A stretch of 40,584 nt of DNA from a virus (lineage: Duplodnaviria > Caudoviricetes), in IMG/VR virus record IMGVR_UViG_3300036773_000261, positions 1 to 40,584 of that record. One strand, 5' to 3'. Below, piece after piece: positions 1 through 8,625 of this stretch. Each line of letters opens with the position of its first letter. The first letter of the stretch is position 1. The position numbers were made by a program, and so were the translations under genes. The notes under the pieces are model-generated. The model saw only the letters and a list, made by a program, of their open reading frames with translations, made no database searches and was not told the origin of the DNA.

Positions 1-252
1 ATGCACTACACCGTCCGCTGCCCTCACTGTCTCGCTGTGCAAACCCGGCACGATACCGAGCTGTGGCCCGGGACGTTCCTCGATCGGTCGGGCGAGGCGG
101 AGTATCCGGGCGATCCCAGCGAGCCGCAGGCGTGCCGCGAATGTGCTGGCTGGATGCGCCTAATGCTCATCGGCAAGGATCTCGATCTCACGGTCGAGAA
201 GTGCGAGGCGCCTGAGCCGGATCCGCCGGACATTTTGGATACCGGTATTTGA
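1..252 (+). CDS. Hypothetical protein with two CxxC motifs (zinc-ribbon-like)
   Basis: CPHC and CREC; stop overlaps TTG start of next ORF. Confidence 0.6.
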   Translation: MHYTVRCPHCLAVQTRHDTELWPGTFLDRSGEAEYPGDPSEPQACRECAGWMRLMLIGKDLDLTVEKCEAPEPDPPDILDTGI

Positions 253-458
253 GCGTCAAGAAGATCTCCAAGGCCGAGCGTCTCGTCAACGAACAGATGC
301 TGGCGCTCCTGGAATGGGCCGCCGACCATCCGAAGCGCTGGCACGACATCGGGCCGGAGGAGTCGAGCAAGCGCGCGGCCGAGCTGCTCGAGAAGCGAGG
401 GGTGATCGAGATCCGGGGGTACTCGAATCACTACAGGCTGAAACCGAAGGTGCCCTAA
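249..458 (+). CDS. Small basic hypothetical protein, possibly winged-helix-like
   Basis: Coupled to upstream ORF (TTGA); AAELLEKRGVIEI..Y pattern; stop overlaps stop of convergent gene. Confidence 0.6.
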   Translation: MSVKKISKAERLVNEQMLALLEWAADHPKRWHDIGPEESSKRAAELLEKRGVIEIRGYSNHYRLKPKVP

Positions 459-805
459 AGCGGTTCCAGTGGGACGGTCTTCCCGGCGAGCGCGTGCGTA
501 CAATCGTTCAGAAACTGGATATTACCGGCCGTCACGAACGAGTGGCAGATCGTGCACTTGAACTTCGACGGCTCGTCGGGATGGGCGGCATTGTAGGTGC
601 ACCAGCATTCGCGGTCCGCGCCAAGCGGTATCGCTCGCTGTACGTAATGCCCGCTCGTTACCAGCACGCTCGGGGTGAACGTCGGTTTCTCGTAATTGCC
701 ATCGAACGCCCAGCCCGACGTCACAACATGCATCGCTTCGCAGCCCGGGCACCAGAATCCCAGCTGGCCGCCCTCGATGACCCGCAGGACGCCGCGCCCG
801 CTCAC
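455..805 (-). CDS. DUF6527-like Cys/His protein
   Basis: FWCPGC..H, W.FDGN.EKPTFTPSVL, CHSFV..GNIQFL.DCTH.LAG.TV.L pattern; coupled to Rz stop. Confidence 0.8.
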   Translation of the reverse strand: MSGRGVLRVIEGGQLGFWCPGCEAMHVVTSGWAFDGNYEKPTFTPSVLVTSGHYVQRAIPLGADRECWCTYNAAHPDEPSKFKCTICHSFVTAGNIQFLNDCTHALAGKTVPLEPL

Positions 806-1284
806 TTATGGATCACCGGCTGGGTCTCCCTGCACGCCGCTAGAAGGTCATCGGCAGCGTCAGCAATGGCGTACAGTCCCGGCCGCTGGTCGTCATCTCC
901 TTGAGGCACTTGTCCATTTCGCTGCGAAAGTGCCCCGGCGCCGGCAGGTTGAGCACCTTCGTTTCCGGCGGCGGACACGACGGCACCGGGGGCTGATGGG
1001 CACAGGCGCAGAGCGATGCCAGGCAGAGGCCCGCTGCGGAGAGTTCGAAGAGTCGCGAGTTCCGCATCATGTCGGTTGTCCCTTGCTTGGGTTTGGAGTT
1101 CTCTTTCCTGCCATGCGGTTGCCAGGGCCCCGAGCTGCTCGGCGTGTAGACCCTCTGCGGCGGTTTTAGCGTTCGCCGCGTCGAGGCGGCCCGATAGGGT
1201 GCCGAAATAGAAGCCGGCGCCGAACAGCGCCAGGACGCCGGCGGCGATCGCGCCCATCTTCACGTAGGGCGGGATGAGCATCAT
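802..1284 (-). CDS. Inner-membrane spanin (Rz-like)
   Basis: N-terminal TM helix, helical periplasmic region, C-terminal Cys (LLAACR); contains embedded lipoprotein ORF. Confidence 0.8.
   Translation of the reverse strand: MMLIPPYVKMGAIAAGVLALFGAGFYFGTLSGRLDAANAKTAAEGLHAEQLGALATAWQERELQTQARDNRHDAELATLRTLRSGPLPGIALRLCPSAPGAVVSAAGNEGAQPAGAGALSQRNGQVPQGDDDQRPGLYAIADAADDLLAACRETQPVIHK
840..1070 (-). CDS. Outer-membrane spanin lipoprotein (Rz1-like), embedded in Rz
   Basis: Signal peptide with lipobox-like LCAC, Pro-rich mature part (QPPVPSCPPP), different frame inside Rz. Confidence 0.75.
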   Translation of the reverse strand: MMRNSRLFELSAAGLCLASLCACAHQPPVPSCPPPETKVLNLPAPGHFRSEMDKCLKEMTTSGRDCTPLLTLPMTF

Positions 1285-1595
1285 TTCGGCTCGCCATCCT
1301 TCGGTGCGACGGCCGCGGCTATCTCGCCGAGTTCCTCGGCGATCTCCCTCGCCATCAGAAATTGCAGCCGGCCGTTAGCCTTGCCCAATTGCTTGGAGAG
1401 CGCCTCGTGCTCGAGCACGGTGTGTTTCGCGTGGTTGTCGATCTGATCGCGCGTGCCGTCGAGCGCATCGAGAATGACATCCGTGTCCGAGCGCCACCAG
1501 CGACGCCCGCGCCACAGGACCAGGCCGGCAATACTGACGACGACGAGAAACGTCGCGATGCAGATATACAGCGTCCATTGGCTACGGTCCGACAA
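1281..1595 (-). CDS. Membrane protein with N-terminal TM and helical tail (lysis cassette)
   Basis: Hydrophobic LYICIATFLVVVSIAGLVLW; stop overlaps Rz start. Confidence 0.7.
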   Translation of the reverse strand: MSDRSQWTLYICIATFLVVVSIAGLVLWRGRRWWRSDTDVILDALDGTRDQIDNHAKHTVLEHEALSKQLGKANGRLQFLMAREIAEELGEIAAAVAPKDGEPK

Positions 1596-1920
1596 CGTGA
1601 AGCCCCTTCCATGCGAATTTGAACAGCAGCGTGATCAAACACAGCGTACCGGTTCCAACGGCCGCCAATACCCAGTGAACGAATTTCGAGCCCCATTTAA
1701 CAGTGCGCTCGTTGAGCTTCCCCTTCACCATGGTCCAAGCCCCGGTGGCGGTGAGCCGATCGCGCTCGCAGGCCTCGAGGATCTGCAGGCGCTTGTCGGT
1801 CGACTCCCGCCATTCGTTGATTTCGACGACTTCCTGCCGGATGTCATCGATATATTCGAATGGATCGCGGTCGCGGTCGGCCTTCGCGGCGATTTTGCCG
1901 GTCATGCCGAAGCGGCTCAC
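1582..1920 (-). CDS. Coiled-coil protein with C-terminal TM (holin/antiholin-like)
   Basis: GTG start at 1920 overlaps upstream TGA (GTGA); C-terminal WVLAAVGTGTLCLITLLFKFAW. Confidence 0.65.
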   Translation of the reverse strand: MSRFGMTGKIAAKADRDRDPFEYIDDIRQEVVEINEWRESTDKRLQILEACERDRLTATGAWTMVKGKLNERTVKWGSKFVHWVLAAVGTGTLCLITLLFKFAWKGLHVVGP

Positions 1921-2120
1921 GGCGGCTGCTCGTCCGACTTGTTGACCTGGCTGTTGAAGAAGCCGATCGCCGCGGTGATGACGCCCAGGACCATCGTGCT
2001 GCCCGCCATTTGTTTGACGGTCAAGAACACGGACGCCTGCGGCAGCCCCATCTGGACGGCCCCGGAAATGACGCCGAGAAAGCCGCTCAGTTTGGTTCGA
2101 TGTTCCCACAGCCATTTCAT
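1917..2120 (-). CDS. Putative class II holin (two TM helices)
   Basis: 67 aa, two hydrophobic segments, charged C-tail, immediately downstream of endolysin. Confidence 0.7.
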   Translation of the reverse strand: MKWLWEHRTKLSGFLGVISGAVQMGLPQASVFLTVKQMAGSTMVLGVITAAIGFFNSQVNKSDEQPP

Positions 2121-2197
2121 GCAACACCCGTCAGTTAAATCTGTGCGAGTGCCTTATAGCGCGCGGGCGATTCTTGTGCTGCGTCGGAGTTCTCACG

Positions 2198-2731
2198 TCA
2201 CACGAATGCGCCGCCGGCGCCCGTATACGACGTCATCAGCGCCGCAAACGAGGTGATGGGCTGCCCTGCGGTGGACCCGGGCAGGCTCGCCCAAATCGGG
2301 TGGCATTTATTGATCGCCTCCGGAATCATTCCGCCGATCACAAGATTGAGCGCCCCCTGCTTGCGGATGATCTCAATCGCCACGGTGTCCTGGGCGTCGT
2401 GCCCAAAATTCGAGAGCCGTAGAATGTTTTTCCATCCCATCCAAGTTGGATGGGTGATTTGGTACCGCCCCGCGGCGGTCGAATGGCACGGCGGCTTGAG
2501 GCCGAGATTGATGCAATACTCGTCCTTCAAGCGTTCGCCGTCCCACTCACGAGTCCCATCCGGGCGCTGCTCATGCGGATGCCAGCGCAGATCTTGAATG
2601 ATGTGGCGCTTGGCGTAACAGACGCAATACGGATCCACGAGCGCCGCGGTGGCAGGATCGCGGACGTTGTCGACCCCTTCGGAATGCGCCACCATCGTCA
2701 GGAAGGCCGCGGTGTTGGCATTCATATTCAC
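2198..2731 (-). CDS. Endolysin, lambda R-like lytic transglycosylase
   Basis: AFL.M.A.SEG, STAAGRYQ, F...AQD..A and IWASLPG motifs. Confidence 0.93.
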   Translation of the reverse strand: MNMNANTAAFLTMVAHSEGVDNVRDPATAALVDPYCVCYAKRHIIQDLRWHPHEQRPDGTREWDGERLKDEYCINLGLKPPCHSTAAGRYQITHPTWMGWKNILRLSNFGHDAQDTVAIEIIRKQGALNLVIGGMIPEAINKCHPIWASLPGSTAGQPITSFAALMTSYTGAGGAFV

Positions 2732-2895
2732 TTGACGAACACTCCGACCAGGAACCCGGCCATCAGCCCCACGGCGAGCGTGATGCAGACGATCGCGATC
2801 ACCTCGGTGCGGTTGGTCGCAAACCAGGCCTTTTCCTTGGTCGCCGCGGCTTTGAGTTTGCCGATTTCGGATTTGGCGAGTTCGGGTAAGTCCAT
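2728..2895 (-). CDS. 55-aa single-TM membrane protein (holin/antiholin candidate), absent from ORF track
   Basis: MDLPELAKSEIGKLKAAATKEKAWFATNRTEVIAIVCITLAVGLMAGFLVGVFVK; AAGGAGG RBS; TGA overlaps endolysin GTG. Confidence 0.75.
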   Translation of the reverse strand: MDLPELAKSEIGKLKAAATKEKAWFATNRTEVIAIVCITLAVGLMAGFLVGVFVK

Positions 2896-2906
2896 GAGAT
2901 GCCTCC

Positions 2907-3272
2907 TTACAAATCGAGACGTAATTTCGCTATGTCGGCGTCAATCGCCTGCAGGCGCTCGAAGGCGCCGGGCCGGCCCAATGAGAGCTCACGGCTCGCT
3001 CGATGTTGCGAGGCCTCGAGCTGCGCGATCTGCGCAAGCGCGAGACTGCGACGGTCGATAGTCGCCTGCGCGGCGATCTCTTCCGCCGGGCGTTGATAGT
3101 CGACGAGCTCGCCAGTCGTTATGTCGACGCGCTTGTTCAAGTGATCGTGATGCCCGTCGATGACGCCGTGCCCGGGCGGCGTATTGAGCGCGAGATCTGC
3201 CGCGTCGCTGGTGCCGTATTGATGCGACGCGAGGAGCCCGGTCGATAGGTCAAAAAATGAATAGCGTTTCAT
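2907..3272 (-). CDS. Tail-associated hypothetical protein (fibre assembly/chaperone-like)
   Basis: Coupled (ATGA) to tail tip gene; helical C-terminus. Confidence 0.6.
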   Translation of the reverse strand: MKRYSFFDLSTGLLASHQYGTSDAADLALNTPPGHGVIDGHHDHLNKRVDITTGELVDYQRPAEEIAAQATIDRRSLALAQIAQLEASQHRASRELSLGRPGAFERLQAIDADIAKLRLDL

Positions 3273-6019
3273 CGCTTCACGATCTCGCCTTGCAGTTTGA
3301 AGTTATTGAAGGTCGCGCTGATGGTCAGCCCTTGGCTTACCAACATCGCCACGGAGACCGTTTGCCCGGGGATCAGCGCAAATTCCTCCTGAATCGTGAA
3401 CGGCAGGCGCGTCGTTGTCAGGGAGTAGAACGGCCCGGCGATGATGTTGCCCACCTGATTCATCTGCAGATTGACGTTGGTCGAGCCGGTGAACGCACCC
3501 GAACTGGTGACCCCCTCGACATACAGCGTGGCGATGAGCACGTGATTGCCGTCCAGTGGCGCGGCAAAACTCAAGGTGGGTTCGGCCGCCGGCGCAACCG
3601 TTTGAAATCCCGTTCCGCTCGTCGTGTAGGTTGTCGCGGTCGCATTGAATACGGACCCGACGGCGGTGGCCGCATTGGCACCGAGCTGCGGGGTATCGAT
3701 GCCTGGGATCAGCTCGGTCGGTCCAAACTCGACGCTGTTGATGCCGACGCCAGGCGAAAAGAGCACGAACATTCCGTAGACGCTCGCCAGCGACACCGTG
3801 ACGATGCGAAGGGCTGCCCCGTTTTTCCAATAGATGACGGAGGTGCCGTCGTAGGTGATAGCGAGGTAATCTTTCGTCGTGTACGCGCCGGCATTCGCGA
3901 CGACCTGAGTTCCGGATTCGTATATTTCGATGATGCCGGAGTTGTCCGCATACATCGCATAGAGCAGGTTGGTGAAGTTGATCGTCGCTGGGATCGCGGT
4001 GACCAGGCCCGCCATAACAGCCTTGGTCGTCGCATTCGCCTTCCAGACGAGGTGCGCGGTCGGAAAATGGTTGATGCTGTAGGCGTCGGCGTCGGTCCAT
4101 GCACTTGCCCCGCCGTTCTTATAGACGTTCTGATCGCTCACGACCGCGAGCCCGCGCGGGGCAAACATACTCGGAAGCCCGGTCCCGTAGAGGGCGGCGC
4201 CGGCGATACCGGTGACGCCGGGATACTGGTTCGAGAGGCTGCCGTTTAAGGAGACCGCGCGAATCCAATAATAGCGCGTGAACGTATCGGATTTGGCCAG
4301 CCAGAACGCGGTGCCGGCGATGCCGGAGGCGATCTTCGTCGCCGACGCGAAGGGCGTGGATGAGGTGTATTCCCAGAGCTCATAGGTCGTGCCGGGCGCT
4401 TCGTAGGACGGCCGATTCCAGGTGAAGGAAATCCCATAGCCATCGCTCGCGGCGGCGAGGCCCGTGGGATCGTCCGGCGCCTCAACGGTCGATGCGGGCG
4501 CCACCGTTCCCGGCGCCGCGTAGTCGGTCGTCAGCGGATCCGCGTAGGGCGTCGAGCTTTCCTCTTTGCCGGTCACGACGACGCGCCGGTTCGCCAAGTC
4601 CATGACCACTGACTGGGCGCGAAAGACCTTGTTCTGCCAGCCCTGCTCGGCGAGGGTGAGATTGAACGTCTCCCAGGGGGCGACCTTGGCGCCGGTCAGT
4701 TTGAGATTCAACGTCGCGACGATCTGGTTGCGGCTTTGCTTCTTGATGACCTCACAGATCCGCTGCGCGCGATATTCGTCGGTGACGCCGGCGAGCGTGA
4801 TATTCCTGAGCAGCGTCTGGCCGCCGTCTGCCGTGACATAGGTCGATTGAGTCCGGACCGCACATTGCACGTTCTGCCAGTCGCGATTGGGATCGAAGTA
4901 CGTCGCGACGACGGTGTTGTAGAGATCGGTCCCCGTGACCGTGCCCTGGATCGTGTAGCCGTCCGAGGAGAGGTCAGCGTCGCTGATCGAAACGCCCGGC
5001 GCGTCATATTCGCCCGCGTAGATCCGATACATCCCCTGACTGAAGATGCGCTGGCCAATCATCGCGGCCAGGATCACATCCAAGTTCGTGTCGTGGATAT
5101 CGCCGCAGGAGAGCACGCAGCCCAAGACATAGCGCAGCTGAGTCGTCGAGCCGGGGAGCGCGACCGATTGATCGCACTCGTTGGCGGCGGCCGCGACGAA
5201 GGTCCAATTAATCCGGTTGGTCGGGACCTTCATGCCGAGCACCGAGATCGGCGTTGCGACGCTGAAATAAATGGAGCCGCCATACATGTAGTCGGCCGCG
5301 CACAACGCCGGGTTCGCGCTGAAGGTCCAGGTCGTGGCGTCGTTCAGGCGCTGGGAGCCTGAGCCCCCGTTGGTCGAATCGAGCCTGGGGTCGTAGACGC
5401 GCTTGCCGCTCACGAGCGCTTGGAAGTTCGACGGCGCGCCATTCGGCCACGCGGTCGTTGAGCGCTTCATGCGAATGACGAGTTTGGCTACCCCATAGCC
5501 AATATGATTCGTGGTGATCGCCGTGAAGGCGGCGTTCCAATCCGGCTGAACGACCTCGGTGGAAGGGCCGAGCAAGCGCCAGATATTCAAGTTCCCGGTG
5601 AATGCCCCTTGAGTGACTGCGCCGGTAGATGAGTTGATGTTGGCGCTCACGATCGTCGTCGAGTCGAGGATCACATCCCCTATCGCATCGACCTGATGCC
5701 CGGCGAGAGCGATCACGAACCAGAGATAGTCTTGACTGGATCCGCCGGGGCTGCTCGAGGTCCCATAGAAGGCGACGACGCCCGATGTTCGGACCTGACC
5801 GTAGAGGATGCGGCGCGGCTCGAGCGTGCCCTTCACGGTCACGGATTGCTGCGGCGGCCCCTGGTTATTCGACGGCGTGCCGGCAAGCGCCCGGGCGATT
5901 TTGCCGAGCGCGAAGCTGATGACGGCATCGACGATGACGGTGGCGATAATGGTGGCGACCGATGCGGCTACGCCGATACTGACCAGGGCGGCCGCGATGT
6001 AGCCGACAACAGGCGGCAT
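3269..6019 (-). CDS. Tail tip / host-specificity protein (J-like central fibre)
   Basis: PRRILYGQVR, GKRVYDPR, W.FSANPALC..DY, FN3-like segment, beta-rich C-terminal domains. Confidence 0.9.
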   Translation of the reverse strand: MPPVVGYIAAALVSIGVAASVATIIATVIVDAVISFALGKIARALAGTPSNNQGPPQQSVTVKGTLEPRRILYGQVRTSGVVAFYGTSSSPGGSSQDYLWFVIALAGHQVDAIGDVILDSTTIVSANINSSTGAVTQGAFTGNLNIWRLLGPSTEVVQPDWNAAFTAITTNHIGYGVAKLVIRMKRSTTAWPNGAPSNFQALVSGKRVYDPRLDSTNGGSGSQRLNDATTWTFSANPALCAADYMYGGSIYFSVATPISVLGMKVPTNRINWTFVAAAANECDQSVALPGSTTQLRYVLGCVLSCGDIHDTNLDVILAAMIGQRIFSQGMYRIYAGEYDAPGVSISDADLSSDGYTIQGTVTGTDLYNTVVATYFDPNRDWQNVQCAVRTQSTYVTADGGQTLLRNITLAGVTDEYRAQRICEVIKKQSRNQIVATLNLKLTGAKVAPWETFNLTLAEQGWQNKVFRAQSVVMDLANRRVVVTGKEESSTPYADPLTTDYAAPGTVAPASTVEAPDDPTGLAAASDGYGISFTWNRPSYEAPGTTYELWEYTSSTPFASATKIASGIAGTAFWLAKSDTFTRYYWIRAVSLNGSLSNQYPGVTGIAGAALYGTGLPSMFAPRGLAVVSDQNVYKNGGASAWTDADAYSINHFPTAHLVWKANATTKAVMAGLVTAIPATINFTNLLYAMYADNSGIIEIYESGTQVVANAGAYTTKDYLAITYDGTSVIYWKNGAALRIVTVSLASVYGMFVLFSPGVGINSVEFGPTELIPGIDTPQLGANAATAVGSVFNATATTYTTSGTGFQTVAPAAEPTLSFAAPLDGNHVLIATLYVEGVTSSGAFTGSTNVNLQMNQVGNIIAGPFYSLTTTRLPFTIQEEFALIPGQTVSVAMLVSQGLTISATFNNFKLQGEIVKR

Positions 6020-6020
6020 G

Positions 6021-6422
6021 TCAGTCGATCCGCCAGGCTTTCTGAATCACCTCACGCGGCCGGAACGAGAGGCCCCCGGGAATCATGACGAAGGCGCAAT
6101 TGGTGCCGTTGCACATGCCGCCCGTCTCGAGGCCGTCAATGGTCGCGACAATGATGTCGCCGGCTCTCGCCCAATTGGGCGCCACGGGTTCGCCAAACGC
6201 GTGCGTGAGAATCCCCGCGATCCCGCCGTACTCCACCAGGAGTTTCGCCGCGCCGAGCTCGGTCGAGTATTTGCCGAACGCGGCCGCGGGATCGACGCCC
6301 GTCATCGCAAGCACGCACCTTGCCGGGAACTGCAGGCAGTCGTGCACGCCATATTCGAGCGGCCGGTCGCGCGCCGCGTCCAGTTCGGCATGGAAGCGCT
6401 CGCGCCAGTCGGTGAGCCTCAT
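6021..6422 (-). CDS. Tail tip NlpC/P60-like protein (DUF6950-like)
   Basis: YG.HDC..F.A.CV.AMTGVD and ARAGDI motifs; position between hub and J. Confidence 0.8.
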   Translation of the reverse strand: MRLTDWRERFHAELDAARDRPLEYGVHDCLQFPARCVLAMTGVDPAAAFGKYSTELGAAKLLVEYGGIAGILTHAFGEPVAPNWARAGDIIVATIDGLETGGMCNGTNCAFVMIPGGLSFRPREVIQKAWRID

Positions 6423-7060
6423 CGTCGGCCCTTGCCGCCGCCGGGATCACGGGGTTGGTTCGCCGGGTCGATGGTTGTGCCGCCCCATTGCACCTTCTTA
6501 TTCGCAATGGCCGCGATCTGGTCGAAAAAGGTGTCGGTCGGAAATAAGGACTTTTGCGATTCGTCCGTGTAGAGGAGCCCGACGCTGTTCTGAAAGAGCG
6601 AGTCGTAGTGCTTGACCGTGCATTGAATGGCCGCGCTTCCCCGGGTTCGGGTATAGGTCAGGAGATCCATGAACCCCTCAAAAATGGCCGGTTCAATGGG
6701 AGTGATCGGCAGCAGGGTCACGGAGTCCAAGGGGAGGAAATAGATCGACGCAAATTGGTTGTAATACTCGGCGCGCTGCGGGACCTTGCCGAGGATCGTG
6801 GGATCGATCCCGGAGAGCGACAGATACAGCTCCCCGACGTTGCGTTGATTCGGATCCTCGGTGATAGAGGAGACGCTGCCGAAGCCGCCGGAGCCCACGG
6901 ACCCCACGCCTAGAAAATCGTTGCCGCCGATGGTGAGCGTACCCACGCCCATATGCGCCCGGACCACGCCGGAGGTGAAATTAAGCTGTACCGCGAGCGC
7001 GAAGTCGACGTGCTCCTGATCGAAGGCCGCCTGGTTCGCGGGTTGCGTGTAGCGCGTCAT
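6419..7060 (-). CDS. Minor tail / tail tip hub protein
   Basis: YTDESQ..LFP.D.FFD...VQWG C-terminal pattern; synteny. Confidence 0.75.
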   Translation of the reverse strand: MTRYTQPANQAAFDQEHVDFALAVQLNFTSGVVRAHMGVGTLTIGGNDFLGVGSVGSGGFGSVSSITEDPNQRNVGELYLSLSGIDPTILGKVPQRAEYYNQFASIYFLPLDSVTLLPITPIEPAIFEGFMDLLTYTRTRGSAAIQCTVKHYDSLFQNSVGLLYTDESQKSLFPTDTFFDQIAAIANKKVQWGGTTIDPANQPRDPGGGKGRR

Positions 7061-8625
7061 GCGGCCTCGACGAATTCGAGCGATGCCTGGCCGAAGACGC
7101 CGGGCGTGTATTCGACGCCCAAGGTTGAGCCGGCGAGGACGAAGCGGCCCATCGGCTGCTGGATGATGACCGCCGCGCTATCCGCCGGCGATTGCTTCAG
7201 GGTGTTTTCGAACTGTAGTAGACCTAAGCCCGCCGCATCGCTATCGAGCCGCGCAGTCACGCGCACGAGCTGCGAATTCGTGGGCAGATCGATTTCGACC
7301 ATGTCTCCCGCCAGCAGCAATCCACTCGTGCTCACCGGCAAGCCTTTGATGCGGAGCGCGTTGCCGGTCTGGGCGAGTGCGGCGAATGCCGTGCCGATAG
7401 ATTGCACGAGGCGCACTGGGACGGACGATAGCGCGACAGTGGCGCGCCATATCTGTAGGCCAAAGGACGCTCCGGTGTAGGTGTTAACGTTATCCGCGCT
7501 GGCCAATGAAAGCAGTACGCCCAATGATGTGGCGGCATTGGTCTTACGCGCGACGATCGTGCATTGATACCATCCGTTTCCCAGCGATTTGATATATGAG
7601 CGGATGTTCGTCCAGTTCGCGCCAGTATTCGTTGTGCCTATAACCCCCGTCGAGGTATTGAAATAGACGCTGGCAAAGGTTCCGCCGGTGTTCTCTATGA
7701 GGGCTAAATTGATCCAAAATCTTGTCGCCGAATTGGCGCAAGCGGTGAAGCAAACATCCTGTGCGGAACTTGAGACCGTGAAATTTTGTTGTACGTAGTG
7801 CGTGTTAGTAGAGGTATCTTCTATCAGCGAATCGGCAGTTATGGTGCCATCCGGGGCGATCGCCGCGCTCAACGACGTCGAGGATCGCGTCTTTGTCCAT
7901 GCCGCGTTGGTAAAATCGTCGGACCACAGCAGCATGTTCGCGCCGTTGTCGACCAGTGCGCAGCGCGAGACGGACCCCCAGGGAACGTCGAAGAAATCTC
8001 CGGCTATGCCACCGGTTGCCGTGTTCTCGTATAGGCTCATGCCGGCGCCGGCGACGATAGCCGGTACCCCCGCGAATGAACAATAATTTCCCGCGAATGG
8101 GACGTCGACGAACCACGAACTGGCGACTAAATTGAGCCGAAAGACTGCCGGGCCCGCGCCAGCCAAAACGATTGCCCGTACGGCATATGGAATGTTTAGG
8201 GTAAGCGTCACACCAGTATCCAAGCCGTAACCGGCGCTCGCCGCCGAACGCCCAATGCGCAGTGTCCTATCTTGTGCCGACAAGACCGATTGCGCATTGA
8301 ACGTGCCCCAGCCCGTCGTACCATTCGCGAAGGTGTTATTCGGCACCAACTCCACATCCGGAAACGACCCTCGCGCCGCCCTCAAGGGCGAGACCCATAC
8401 CCGGTTCTGACGCCCGCGCAGCGCCGCCACAAGCGCCTCGAATCGCGCCAGGCGCGAGCCCGTGAGCACGGCAAAATCCATGCGCAAATGCCAGCGCCGC
8501 GTGCCAAAGAGCGTGGAGCTTTGCATGGCGCCGGTCGTCGCCGATTCGTCGACCGCGGTGAAGTCATCGACGCCGAACAGCATGCTCGTCGGCACAAGAT
8601 CCGCGGGAAAGAAAATGTCGGTCAT
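7057..8625 (-). CDS. Distal tail protein with inserted carbohydrate-binding-like domains
   Basis: Directly after TMP; Dit-like N-terminus and ..FVEA C-terminus flank a long beta-rich insert. Confidence 0.75.
   Translation of the reverse strand: MTDIFFPADLVPTSMLFGVDDFTAVDESATTGAMQSSTLFGTRRWHLRMDFAVLTGSRLARFEALVAALRGRQNRVWVSPLRAARGSFPDVELVPNNTFANGTTGWGTFNAQSVLSAQDRTLRIGRSAASAGYGLDTGVTLTLNIPYAVRAIVLAGAGPAVFRLNLVASSWFVDVPFAGNYCSFAGVPAIVAGAGMSLYENTATGGIAGDFFDVPWGSVSRCALVDNGANMLLWSDDFTNAAWTKTRSSTSLSAAIAPDGTITADSLIEDTSTNTHYVQQNFTVSSSAQDVCFTACANSATRFWINLALIENTGGTFASVYFNTSTGVIGTTNTGANWTNIRSYIKSLGNGWYQCTIVARKTNAATSLGVLLSLASADNVNTYTGASFGLQIWRATVALSSVPVRLVQSIGTAFAALAQTGNALRIKGLPVSTSGLLLAGDMVEIDLPTNSQLVRVTARLDSDAAGLGLLQFENTLKQSPADSAAVIIQQPMGRFVLAGSTLGVEYTPGVFGQASLEFVEAA

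Noticed and set aside
3269-8625. Diversity-generating retroelement or invertase-based tail switching
   Set aside because: No reverse transcriptase or invertase, and no template/variable repeat pair seen
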